Positions 36,786 through 45,534 of a stretch of DNA of 64,000 nucleotides are shown in pieces (within the stretch, counting starts at the first letter, position 1; each line of letters starts with the position of its first letter). The DNA lies in contig OMXA01000004.1 of assembly GCA_900314905.1 (NCBI GenBank), positions 16,316 to 80,315 of the forward strand, read 5' to 3'. The position numbers and the translations under genes were made by a program. The notes beneath the pieces are model-generated. The model did not search any database. It was not told where the DNA came from and was given only the letters and a program-made list of their open reading frames with translations. This DNA is from an uncultured Erysipelotrichaceae bacterium (lineage in GTDB: Bacteria > Bacillota_I > Bacilli_A > Erysipelotrichales > Erysipelotrichaceae).

Positions 36786-38923
36786 GATCTGGGAGCCTCC
36801 GGAATCCGGACTGTGACGTTGCAGCTGACGGAATATGCCTGATCAGACGTATGGATCCGGATGATCGTGCTGCCCTCCCGGTTCCCGGATACCTTGCCGG
36901 AACTGACGCCGGCAATGCCAGGATTATCTGATTCAAAAACGAGATCGCTGACCGTGTAGCCCTTCGGGATTGCCGTGATCGGAATCACCTCCATTTCGCC
37001 CGGGCTGACAATCAGACTGTATTTAGCAATTCTGATCTGGTCGCTTTCGACCAGATCGGTCTTCTTTTTTGCCTCACGGTCCTTCCTGGTGCACTTTGCG
37101 ACCCACTGTCCGTTTTCCATATGACGCCGTCCGTTCGGAATCAGTTCTCCCTGTCCTTCTTTCAGCAGAGATGTTTTCTTCGTGAACCCCATCTTGCCTA
37201 GCAGGGTTCTGGAGGAATTGAGATTCAGTGAAAGAACCGGGTGAGCACTGAGATCAGCGCAGACCAGCACATCAGGAAACTTCGCTGAAACTTCATCCAG
37301 AAGATCATACGGCAGTTCTCCGGCATCCACTTTCTGGTGAGAGCCTCTGTCGTCATAAAGATGAATCATTGCTCCTGCGGTCAGTTCTGCTCCGCCTTCG
37401 ATATCGATATCCGCAACCCGGATCGCACCGCTGCCGATCCCCATGCCGACGGCAGCACTGACCCCTGTATTCCCTTCAAACATGGTCTTTTCCGAATGGC
37501 CGGTATCATTGATCATCCGCATGACACCATCTTTTACTTCCATTCCGACCGCATGATTCTGGGTGAACGCCACTTCCGCCTTTCCGCTGGCATAGATCCT
37601 GACGTTCAGACGGATGTCGATATCCGTTAGCGGAACTCCGGGAATCGGAATGCGGATCGAAGCGATCGGGAGCGTGATTTCCTTTTCCGGCTTGCTGTAG
37701 ATCGAATTGACTGCCGAAAGAAACGCATTCGATGGAAGGTCATTGCTCACCTTCTTTTCCCAGGCAGTACTCTTCTCCCGCTTGACGCTCAGCTGTTCCA
37801 CCGTTTTGAAATCGACCTTGAAATAAGCATCCCTGATCTTGAGCTTGCTGATATCGACATCATAGGAAGGAGTTACGGAGCTGAGGACTGCACTGCCATG
37901 AATCTTCAGACCATCATCCGTCTTCTTGTCTACCGTGCAGGAGATCGAATCTCTGGTCGTTTTGAAAACGATACTGTAGCCGTGATATTCATGCGGAATA
38001 TTCAGCAGAGGCGCATGGAGTTCACGGACTCCTCCCGCAGGCACATGAATCGAAGCCGGAGCAGACTGTACCACAGTTCCATCGATCAGATCGATGATCT
38101 CTGCCTGGGTGAAGTCGACATCAAAGGACGAATGCGCATTCATATCGCTGATCAGTTCAGAAAACTCCGTTTCGTGTCCTCTGACTTCCAGCGTTTCCCC
38201 GTCTTTTGACCTTTCTGCGGATTCAACGGTCAGGGCATGCCGTTCCCCTGTTTCATCTTCCCATAAGGCAATGGAATTCTCTTTCAATCCAGAGCTGATC
38301 GGGAATACTGCAGTCTGGTTTTCCGGATCGAAACGGATCGGCTCTGCCTCCACCTGTTCGAATGCTTCATTGAACGTAATGGTATTCTCTTCTCCGGAAT
38401 CCTCAAAAGTCCGATTGTTGATGTACTCGACCATCTGATCGAGCAGATTCATGGCTTCTTCTTTTTCCATGACTTCTTTCGGGCGGAACCGGTCATGCTC
38501 ATCCGTATTCATGAACCCGTAAGTCACTGCCGCCTCGATCTGCTTCGGAAATGCGGAAGCACTGCGATCCTTGATTTTCTGACTGCCATCCGATTCGATC
38601 TGTCTTCCGCTCAGATTGATCAAAGTGCTGGCAGCCCATTCCCTGGTCAAGAGAGCAGCCGGATCAAAGCCGGAAGAAGGTTCCAGAACATGCCATTCCA
38701 CGGCAGCCTGAACCGAATCATAATAAGGAGAACCGATCGGTACATTCATGAAATAAGGAGCAGTCTCATGATACTGGCTGATCCCTGCTTTTTCATCGAG
38801 TTCCCTGATCCATTCTCCGAGGCTGATGCCATCTGCAGCCTTCCGGCTGCACCCCTGCAGGAGTACTGCAGGGATGCAGATCAGAAGGAGAAACGCATGC
38901 CTAAGCCTGCATGCCGGACGCAT
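36782..38923 (-). CDS. Lipoprotein with S-layer-homology-like repeats and C-terminal Ig-like (Big_2) domain
   Basis: Signal peptide with lipobox LQGC. SLH-like segments LTREWAAST and FRPKEVMEKEEA; C-terminal FESDNPGIAGVSSGKVSGNREGSTII. Overlaps both neighbouring genes. Confidence 0.7.
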   Translation of the reverse strand: MRPACRLRHAFLLLICIPAVLLQGCSRKAADGISLGEWIRELDEKAGISQYHETAPYFMNVPIGSPYYDSVQAAVEWHVLEPSSGFDPAALLTREWAASTLINLSGRQIESDGSQKIKDRSASAFPKQIEAAVTYGFMNTDEHDRFRPKEVMEKEEAMNLLDQMVEYINNRTFEDSGEENTITFNEAFEQVEAEPIRFDPENQTAVFPISSGLKENSIALWEDETGERHALTVESAERSKDGETLEVRGHETEFSELISDMNAHSSFDVDFTQAEIIDLIDGTVVQSAPASIHVPAGGVRELHAPLLNIPHEYHGYSIVFKTTRDSISCTVDKKTDDGLKIHGSAVLSSVTPSYDVDISKLKIRDAYFKVDFKTVEQLSVKREKSTAWEKKVSNDLPSNAFLSAVNSIYSKPEKEITLPIASIRIPIPGVPLTDIDIRLNVRIYASGKAEVAFTQNHAVGMEVKDGVMRMINDTGHSEKTMFEGNTGVSAAVGMGIGSGAIRVADIDIEGGAELTAGAMIHLYDDRGSHQKVDAGELPYDLLDEVSAKFPDVLVCADLSAHPVLSLNLNSSRTLLGKMGFTKKTSLLKEGQGELIPNGRRHMENGQWVAKCTRKDREAKKKTDLVESDQIRIAKYSLIVSPGEMEVIPITAIPKGYTVSDLVFESDNPGIAGVSSGKVSGNREGSTIIRIHTSDQAYSVSCNVTVRIPEAPRS

Positions 38924-39200
38924 TGCTGGTAATCGTCGTTTCCAGGGAATCGTAAGACTCTACGGTGCGGTCCAGAAATCTTGCATAGCTGTCAATCGTT
39001 TCTTTCTGGGTATCGAATCTTCCCGCAAACTGATTGAAGCGTGTTCTGATTTCCTGTCCGCCGTCTGAGATCCAGGATGCCGCAGTATCGTTCATCTCTT
39101 TCTTCATCTGGTTCAGATCTTCAAACATCTGCTGATTGCAGGAACGGATCTGTCCTGCACATTCGCTGACCTGGGCCAGCGTGATCTTCAGTTCTGCCAT
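38901..39200 (-). CDS. WXG100/ESAT-6-like protein (central WIS variant)
   Basis: 99 aa, predicted helix-turn-helix, central W-I-S-D-G, and a C-terminal YDSLE that resembles HxxxD/E-type tails. Confidence 0.8.
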   Translation of the reverse strand: MAELKITLAQVSECAGQIRSCNQQMFEDLNQMKKEMNDTAASWISDGGQEIRTRFNQFAGRFDTQKETIDSYARFLDRTVESYDSLETTITSNASGMQA

Positions 39201-39216
39201 CTCTTAGTTCCTCCTC

Positions 39217-39516
39217 TTACTGGGCGAGATTCGCTGCCTGAGAAGCAAGATCTTCCTGCATCTGACGATAGGACTTCGCACTGTTTCTCAGAAACTCCGC
39301 ATATTGAGAACAAAGCACTGACATCTCCCGGAAATCTGTCTGGAACTTTGAGATCTGAGTGCTGAACGCGGTGTTGTCCTTTCCCTGCCACCCTGTCTTC
39401 ATCGTATCGACGGCATCGAATAGCTGGGCATACGCCCTGGAATAGTCCTGATTGTGTTCTTCGATTCTCGCTGCACTTGCTTCAAGCTGTTCTGGTTCTA
39501 CTGCAATGGAACGCAT
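39217..39516 (-). CDS. WXG100/ESAT-6-like protein (WQG)
   Basis: 99 aa from ATG 39516 (SD AAGGAGG), MRSIAVEPEQLEASA...TGWQGKD...YRQMQEDL. Confidence 0.9.
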   Translation of the reverse strand: MRSIAVEPEQLEASAARIEEHNQDYSRAYAQLFDAVDTMKTGWQGKDNTAFSTQISKFQTDFREMSVLCSQYAEFLRNSAKSYRQMQEDLASQAANLAQ

Positions 39517-39658
39517 TTCAACATCCTCCTTGTCTGCTTTTCTCATTGCATCAGGAACCAGGTTTCCCCTATTATGCAGAAAAAAAGATCATGGTTCCGG
39601 AAAAAGAACCTCTGCAGGACGGCTTCATAAAAGATCTCTGCATGAAAAACGTGCGGAA

Positions 39659-39686
39659 TAGAAAAAGCACCCGCGAAGGATGCTTA
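39659..39686 (-). terminator. Terminator after the LRR gene
   Basis: AAGCATCC-ttcgc-GGGTGCTT followed by TTTT. It separates the triad from the T7SS operon. Confidence 0.65.
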
Positions 39687-40982
39687 TAGGGAAAAATCAT
39701 CAGAGTCAGAAGGAAGATGTGACGCACTCCATGCAAGCAATGCAGCCGAAGGACCGGGATTTCCGGAGGTCATATGCTGAATGCATTCATCCAGATTATC
39801 TCTGGTAATCAGCCCGCATTCCGCTAGGCGAAGGATCGAATCTGAATCGTCTGCCTCATCTGCAAGCGCACACGCGTCCGCAAGCTTTTCGGAAAGCAGC
39901 CGGGAAAAGGAATCAGAGAATGCCCTGGAAAGTCCTTCTGGCCACCGGAGCCTTGCGCTCAGAAGACGCACCCGTTCCGCACTGAGAAAGGAAACCTTCA
40001 TTGCGCGATCGTATCGGTTCCAGTCAAATAGCGCTCCATTTCTTCCGAAACAGGCAAGGAGTTCCTCTCTCAGCATTTCGTGATGCTGCGGGAACAGGAT
40101 CCGGAATTCTGGAAAGACAGCTTCTTCCAGCTCGCAGTCAAGAAATGCATTCTCCGCAATGCGGATCCTGTCATTCAGAAAGCGGATCGTATGAACAGGT
40201 GCCCGGAAAAACGAAAGCATTTCAATTGCCTCGAAGGAATGATCCAGAATGATTTCCTTCTCCTCGCCCGTATATGCAAGCAGGGTCCTGCGGTCATTTT
40301 CCAGCTGGCAGAGCATGTGATCCTGCACCGCAAAATTCTGATTTCCGGAAGCAATCTGATAATTTCTGATCCCGCGCCGCTTTGCAAATCCGTCTCCCGT
40401 TGCAAAGAGCGCCCCAGGGGCAATCTGTTTCAGGGAGGCAGGAAGGACAAGACTCTGAAGGTGATTCCTTCTATTCAGAGCTTTTGGTTCTATGCATGCA
40501 GTTCCTTCCGGAATGACATAGGACTCTCGATTCTCATCAGGCTGAATTCCGGCAAGCGCAATGCCGCTGTCCGTCTGATGAAAGATTCCGAAGCCATCCG
40601 TCCAGTAGTTCCCTCCTGGCTCGAACTCAAGCCTGAAATCAAGAGCGGAAACTTCATCGATCTCGGCAGCCGAAGAAGGAATCCTCACTTCTTTCAGGCT
40701 GCACATGCCGGCAAACTCACGGCCTAATGAAACCAATCCCTCATTGAGGATCAGATCTTCCAGATCTGCACATCCTTCCAGTGCATCCGCTTCAATCTTC
40801 AGGACTGAGTCAGGAAGCTTCAGCTTTGTCAGGTGGCTTCCTTTCTCAAAGAACATCATCGTGCCAAGCACCCGGACTGGCTTTCCATCAATGGTCTCCG
40901 GAATTTCCAGCTCAGTTTCCGTTCCGCTCCATGCGGTCAGACGGATTCCATCCTGCCATGCTTCATAAGCAAAGGTTCCCAT
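39684..40982 (-). CDS. BspA-type (LRR_5) leucine-rich repeat protein, no signal peptide
   Basis: Repeats LEIPETIDGKPV, LKLPDSVLKIEADAL, VRIPSS, YVIPEG and LVLPASLKQIAPGAL, then a helical C-terminal domain. Confidence 0.82.
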   Translation of the reverse strand: MGTFAYEAWQDGIRLTAWSGTETELEIPETIDGKPVRVLGTMMFFEKGSHLTKLKLPDSVLKIEADALEGCADLEDLILNEGLVSLGREFAGMCSLKEVRIPSSAAEIDEVSALDFRLEFEPGGNYWTDGFGIFHQTDSGIALAGIQPDENRESYVIPEGTACIEPKALNRRNHLQSLVLPASLKQIAPGALFATGDGFAKRRGIRNYQIASGNQNFAVQDHMLCQLENDRRTLLAYTGEEKEIILDHSFEAIEMLSFFRAPVHTIRFLNDRIRIAENAFLDCELEEAVFPEFRILFPQHHEMLREELLACFGRNGALFDWNRYDRAMKVSFLSAERVRLLSARLRWPEGLSRAFSDSFSRLLSEKLADACALADEADDSDSILRLAECGLITRDNLDECIQHMTSGNPGPSAALLAWSASHLPSDSDDFSL

Positions 40983-42526
40983 CAGAGGGACAGATCTCCT
41001 TCTTTTTCAACCGTGCGCTGATACTCATGGACTCTGCGCAGAAGGTCTGCATTGCGATCCTTGACAAGCAGATCCTCGCTTGCCTCGGCATATTCCTTAA
41101 CCGGATGCTGGGCAAGAAATCTAGCACAGTTCGTATTGACCGTGAACTGTGTCACTGCTAAGAGCATCTCTTCTGGCGAAGAGAAATGTTCTTTCAGAAA
41201 CCGGAAGAGATTCGCAAGCTGATTCCGGATCATTTCTGCATTCTGCTTCATCGTATGCACTTCGCGCTGATAGCTCGCTTCTGCACTGAGGAAGCCTTCT
41301 GCTGCATCCCTTGGCCGTTCCAGTTCAACGCCTTTCTTCGTCTGCCTCAGCAAGGCACATTCATAAGCGACGATCCGTTTTTCCCGATCGGTCAGCCCTC
41401 TTGCGTCCTGGACTCTCTTCGCTTCTTCTTCCAGCGAGGTGCAGATCCCTTCGAGCCGTTCCGAAAGATTGACCTCCGGGTGGGCAATGCATTCCTGCTT
41501 CAGCTTGCGCAGCGGATTCAGAAGAGCTCTCAGACCATCTTCCTGCTCCACATTCCTCAGAATGGCAGGCATCACTGCCTCCATCAGCAGACTGGTCACG
41601 CTGATGCACTCATCAAACGAAGCTTCTGAGATCCTCTCTGTGATTTCCGCATCCTGCTTTCCGTCCAGGATCATGGAAATCTGGTAGTCATCCCGGTACT
41701 TCCGGTAAAGGTCATAATACGAAGCGAAATTCTCGGCAGTTTCCGGATCAGAGAGATATTCGTGTATCATCTCCTCATCTGCCCGATATCCCTTTTCTTC
41801 ATAGAGCTGGAGTGCTTCCGAAAGATCTTCCCAGCCTCTGGCAGTCACATACGTTCTTCCCTCCGGGGTGGACTGAATCCGGTAGAAATCATCCGGATGG
41901 ATTTCCAGAAATGACAGAATCGCCTGATGAACCTGCTTCTGCTCCGCATAAGTTCTCCAGACTTCATAATCCGGCTCCACATGCAGCACCTTCAGACGAT
42001 CGAGGGTGGCAATATCGAATTCATGCACTGCCCGGTTGTATTCAGGCGGATTGCCTGCCGTCACAACGACCCATCCTTCGGGAAGCTGATGATTGCCGAA
42101 GGTCTTGTACTGCAGAAACTGCAGCATGCTCGGTCCGAGTGTTTCGGAGACACAGTTGATTTCATCAAGGAACAGAATTCCTTCCTTCTGCCCGCTCTTC
42201 TCCATATTTTCATATACCGCTGCCAGAATCTCGCTGAGGGTATAGATGGACACTTCAAACGGCTTGCCCTGATAGGTACGATGATCGATGAATGGAAGGC
42301 CGAGCGCACTCTGGCGGGTATGATGCGTCATCGAATACGATACCAGCGAGATGCCGAGCTCTTCGGCAATCTGCGCCATGATCGCCGTCTTGCCGATGCC
42401 AGGCGCACCGATCATGAACACCGGCCGCTGCCGTTCTAATGGAATCCGGTAGTTCCCGAATTCATCTTTCATCAGATAAATGCTTACACTGCGCTTGATT
42501 TCTTCTTTTGCGTCCTGAATATTCAT
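40982..42526 (-). CDS. AAA+ ATPase (MoxR/AAA_5-like)
   Basis: Walker A GAPGIGKT, Walker B LFLDEIN, sensor TAGNP and ATLDRL. Confidence 0.88.
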   Translation of the reverse strand: MNIQDAKEEIKRSVSIYLMKDEFGNYRIPLERQRPVFMIGAPGIGKTAIMAQIAEELGISLVSYSMTHHTRQSALGLPFIDHRTYQGKPFEVSIYTLSEILAAVYENMEKSGQKEGILFLDEINCVSETLGPSMLQFLQYKTFGNHQLPEGWVVVTAGNPPEYNRAVHEFDIATLDRLKVLHVEPDYEVWRTYAEQKQVHQAILSFLEIHPDDFYRIQSTPEGRTYVTARGWEDLSEALQLYEEKGYRADEEMIHEYLSDPETAENFASYYDLYRKYRDDYQISMILDGKQDAEITERISEASFDECISVTSLLMEAVMPAILRNVEQEDGLRALLNPLRKLKQECIAHPEVNLSERLEGICTSLEEEAKRVQDARGLTDREKRIVAYECALLRQTKKGVELERPRDAAEGFLSAEASYQREVHTMKQNAEMIRNQLANLFRFLKEHFSSPEEMLLAVTQFTVNTNCARFLAQHPVKEYAEASEDLLVKDRNADLLRRVHEYQRTVEKEGDLSL

Positions 42527-43869
42527 TCCTCAAACTCCGTTTCCGGCAGCACCAGACGGATTGCCCAGGGCGGAACCGCTGGTGCTGCATAGCCATTGCC
42601 GACAAATATGAATGCCGTCTGATACGGCGGTACTTCTTCCGGGAAGATGCCCTTGCCATCCGTAAAGTAAAGAAGACCTCTCAGATTCCGGAAGGCATGT
42701 TCCTCATTCAGCTGCCGGACCCGGGCAAATACCGGTCTGAAATCCGTACCTCCGAATCCCTGCAGCTCGATATTCTTCAGATAATCCCGGAATTCCTGCT
42801 GATTATGCAGCGTCACTTCTTTCTGGATCTTTGCATCGCATTGAATCACATGAACATTCACCTGTTCAAAGAAACTCTTCTCAGAAGACAGGATCTCCCA
42901 GGTCTTCTTCAGGAATGCCTTGACCAGTGCTCCCTGCACGGATCCGCTGGTATCGATGGCAATCACGAAATCCCGGATCCTCGTATCCTCCCGGTATTCC
43001 AGCGGTTCAATCAGAGGCATATTCCCATACAGGCTCATGCCATACGTATAGTAGATATAATCAAACTCATCCGGACTGAGCGAAACCTGTTCTCCGGAAA
43101 CAGCAAACTTTTTCAGAAAACTGCTGTAGTCATAGGAGCGATGAGAATTCAGCCTCAGCCGCTGGGATACCGTGCCAGGCTGATACCCCTGCGTCTTCTC
43201 AAAGGACTGGATCTGGTTCTCCGTTGCCCGCTCAAGTTTCTTCCAGCGGTCGCTGACCTGTGCTTTTGAAGGATATGCCTTCTCCCTCCCGGCGTATTTT
43301 CTTCCTTCGACATCTCTGGTCAGCCAGAGCTCATGGACATCTCTGCGAAACAGCGGTTCCTGTCTCATCAGGTTCCATTTCTGATCCGGATGATGAATCA
43401 GCCAGGAATAGATTCTTTCCGCAGTGACTCCCCGGCAGGTATCCCGCACTGCCGTCAGCTGAGCGAAACGCTCCGCATCACCGGGTACTTCGATCTCTTT
43501 CCAGCCCAGATTCAATACTGCCCCTTCTACCGCCGCATCTGCCGCAAAGTCCCAGGCATCCCGATCCAGCGTCACATACTGAAAGCCATGGAAGAAAAGA
43601 CAGTGCAGAACCATATGAAGATATGCCCGAACCACCAGCATCGGATTGCGTTCTGCATCTCTCAATACCGCCTTGGGCATCACGTAGAGATAAGTGCCAT
43701 CACATCCATAGCCCAGGGTGATCTCATCTGTTTCATGATCCGGCGCATAGAATCTCACCGGCATCGCAAACAATGCCCGATTCAGATATGGCATCCGGGC
43801 AACAATCTGATCCCTTGCCCCCTGCATTACCTCTGCTGCCAGCTCTTCTGCTTGTTTTTCTGTCTCCAT
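42523..43869 (-). CDS. VWA-like domain protein with N-terminal DUF2201 metallopeptidase-like domain
   Basis: N-terminal YLHMVLHCLFFH and WDFAADAAVE. C-terminal MIDAS AIDTSGS, HVIQCDA, GFGGTDFRP and YFTDG. Confidence 0.85.
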   Translation of the reverse strand: METEKQAEELAAEVMQGARDQIVARMPYLNRALFAMPVRFYAPDHETDEITLGYGCDGTYLYVMPKAVLRDAERNPMLVVRAYLHMVLHCLFFHGFQYVTLDRDAWDFAADAAVEGAVLNLGWKEIEVPGDAERFAQLTAVRDTCRGVTAERIYSWLIHHPDQKWNLMRQEPLFRRDVHELWLTRDVEGRKYAGREKAYPSKAQVSDRWKKLERATENQIQSFEKTQGYQPGTVSQRLRLNSHRSYDYSSFLKKFAVSGEQVSLSPDEFDYIYYTYGMSLYGNMPLIEPLEYREDTRIRDFVIAIDTSGSVQGALVKAFLKKTWEILSSEKSFFEQVNVHVIQCDAKIQKEVTLHNQQEFRDYLKNIELQGFGGTDFRPVFARVRQLNEEHAFRNLRGLLYFTDGKGIFPEEVPPYQTAFIFVGNGYAAPAVPPWAIRLVLPETEFEE

Positions 43870-43937
43870 AACGATGAAATTATACCCGGTTCCGCTTCAG
43901 ATTCCTAATGAACTGCAGATAGAAGCGACAATTAAAA

Positions 43938-43957
43938 AGAAGTGCCTGAGCACTTCT
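43938..43957 (-). terminator. Terminator after the alpha-galactosidase gene
   Basis: AGAAGTG-ctcagg-CACTTCT followed by TTTT on the minus strand. Confidence 0.6.
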
Positions 43958-45534
43958 CAGCAATGGAATACGTGTCTGTTTCCATCCAGCAGATACGTGA
44001 TCGATATGCCATGATCCAGCGAAACGGATTCTGTCTTCGCTTCCGTCAGATGGCGGTACTCTCTGTATTTCTGCCTCATTTCTTCAGTGTAGGAGCCAGG
44101 ATCATCACTGGTCAGGAATACCGTTCCGGTCAGAGCGTCCAATGTGGCAAGCTGATTCTTCTGTGCTTCGCTGAGACGGCAGTTATCTTTCCGCAGGAAG
44201 AACACATCCGGATCGCTGCCGAAGACTCTGCCATTCAGCTGTCTTCTGGCCAGATTCGTCTCAATGGCATGTTTCGTGGAATTGCGCTCGCGATGAAAGC
44301 CGCGCATATAAAGCACATCATCAAAATTCAGACTGACATCGCAGCTTGTGCGGCAGTATTCAGTCAGCCCGAAGGCCGGCATCACCGGAACCCCGCAGCC
44401 AAGAATCGGATGGCTGCCGCAGAGTTCTCGCAGAAACTTCATCACCCGGATCATTCTGCCTGCCCGGGATTCTGTTCTGCTTCCGAAGGGAGCCGCTGCA
44501 TACAGGAAATCGAGCTTGACCAGATCAAATCCCCATTCGTCAAATACCCGATGGAATACTTCTTTCAGATAATTCTGAACGCCCGGATGGTCAAGATCCA
44601 GCCCATAGAAGGAAGACCAGTTGCCCCCGCACTTCCACGGCTTTCCTTCGTGTTTCAGGATCCAGTCCGGATGTTTCTGAACCAGTTCTGATTTTTCTTC
44701 GGCCGCAAATGGCGCCAGCCAGAGACCAGCCTGAAACCCAGAGGCATGAATGGCATCTGCCTGTGCTTTCATCCCGGCGGGGAACTTTCCTGCATCCGGA
44801 ATCAGCCAGTCTCCGACCGCAGGCTCCCAGCCATCATCAATCTGAAAGAGATCTCCCCGTTCAAAGATCTTCCTGCATCCATTCAGGTCATTCTGAATGG
44901 ATTGCTCGCTGATATTCTGATACCGGTTGTACCAGCTGGAATAACCATAAAGCTTCTTTGCAGAAAGCGGATGGATTCTGGCAGCTTTGATCCAGCCGTC
45001 AAATACTTCCGCTTCTTTTCCTTCCGCAAGATAGAGATCCAGCAGCGGATAGGATCCATCTGCTTCCACCCCTTCACAGTCTCTCCTGATGCTGAGATTC
45101 CCGGAATCTGCATCATAGAAGAACTGCGTATATCCGCCTTCCTCATCGGTGGAGGCAATCAGGAAATACTGATCTCCGTTGCGGAAATAGCACCAGGATA
45201 CGCCCTGATGGAAGCCATCCCGATATGGATATTCGGTGAAATGATAATCGCCATAGCGATCAAACGAATACTTCTTCAGAAGAAACTGAGGAATGCGGTT
45301 TACCCCTCTGGTTTTCTCTTCAGGCTTCTGTTCTTTGCACCAGGTCCAGGTCTGATAGCCATTCATGAAAATTCTGGTATCTGCGGTCACGGCAATGCGC
45401 ATGACTGCGGTAACGGATTGCAGAACCCCATTCAGACCGCTGCACTTCAGATGGATTTCATGATTGCACGCGCTGCAGGTTCCTTCCTGATGGAAGTTCT
45501 CAGCCGTAACGCTCCAGTTCAGTTCATGCGTCAT
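43957..45534 (-). CDS. Alpha-galactosidase, GH36-type
   Basis: Motifs GYSSWY, FQIDDGW, GLWLAPF, LVKLDFLY and DPDVF. Confidence 0.85.
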   Translation of the reverse strand: MTHELNWSVTAENFHQEGTCSACNHEIHLKCSGLNGVLQSVTAVMRIAVTADTRIFMNGYQTWTWCKEQKPEEKTRGVNRIPQFLLKKYSFDRYGDYHFTEYPYRDGFHQGVSWCYFRNGDQYFLIASTDEEGGYTQFFYDADSGNLSIRRDCEGVEADGSYPLLDLYLAEGKEAEVFDGWIKAARIHPLSAKKLYGYSSWYNRYQNISEQSIQNDLNGCRKIFERGDLFQIDDGWEPAVGDWLIPDAGKFPAGMKAQADAIHASGFQAGLWLAPFAAEEKSELVQKHPDWILKHEGKPWKCGGNWSSFYGLDLDHPGVQNYLKEVFHRVFDEWGFDLVKLDFLYAAAPFGSRTESRAGRMIRVMKFLRELCGSHPILGCGVPVMPAFGLTEYCRTSCDVSLNFDDVLYMRGFHRERNSTKHAIETNLARRQLNGRVFGSDPDVFFLRKDNCRLSEAQKNQLATLDALTGTVFLTSDDPGSYTEEMRQKYREYRHLTEAKTESVSLDHGISITYLLDGNRHVFHC

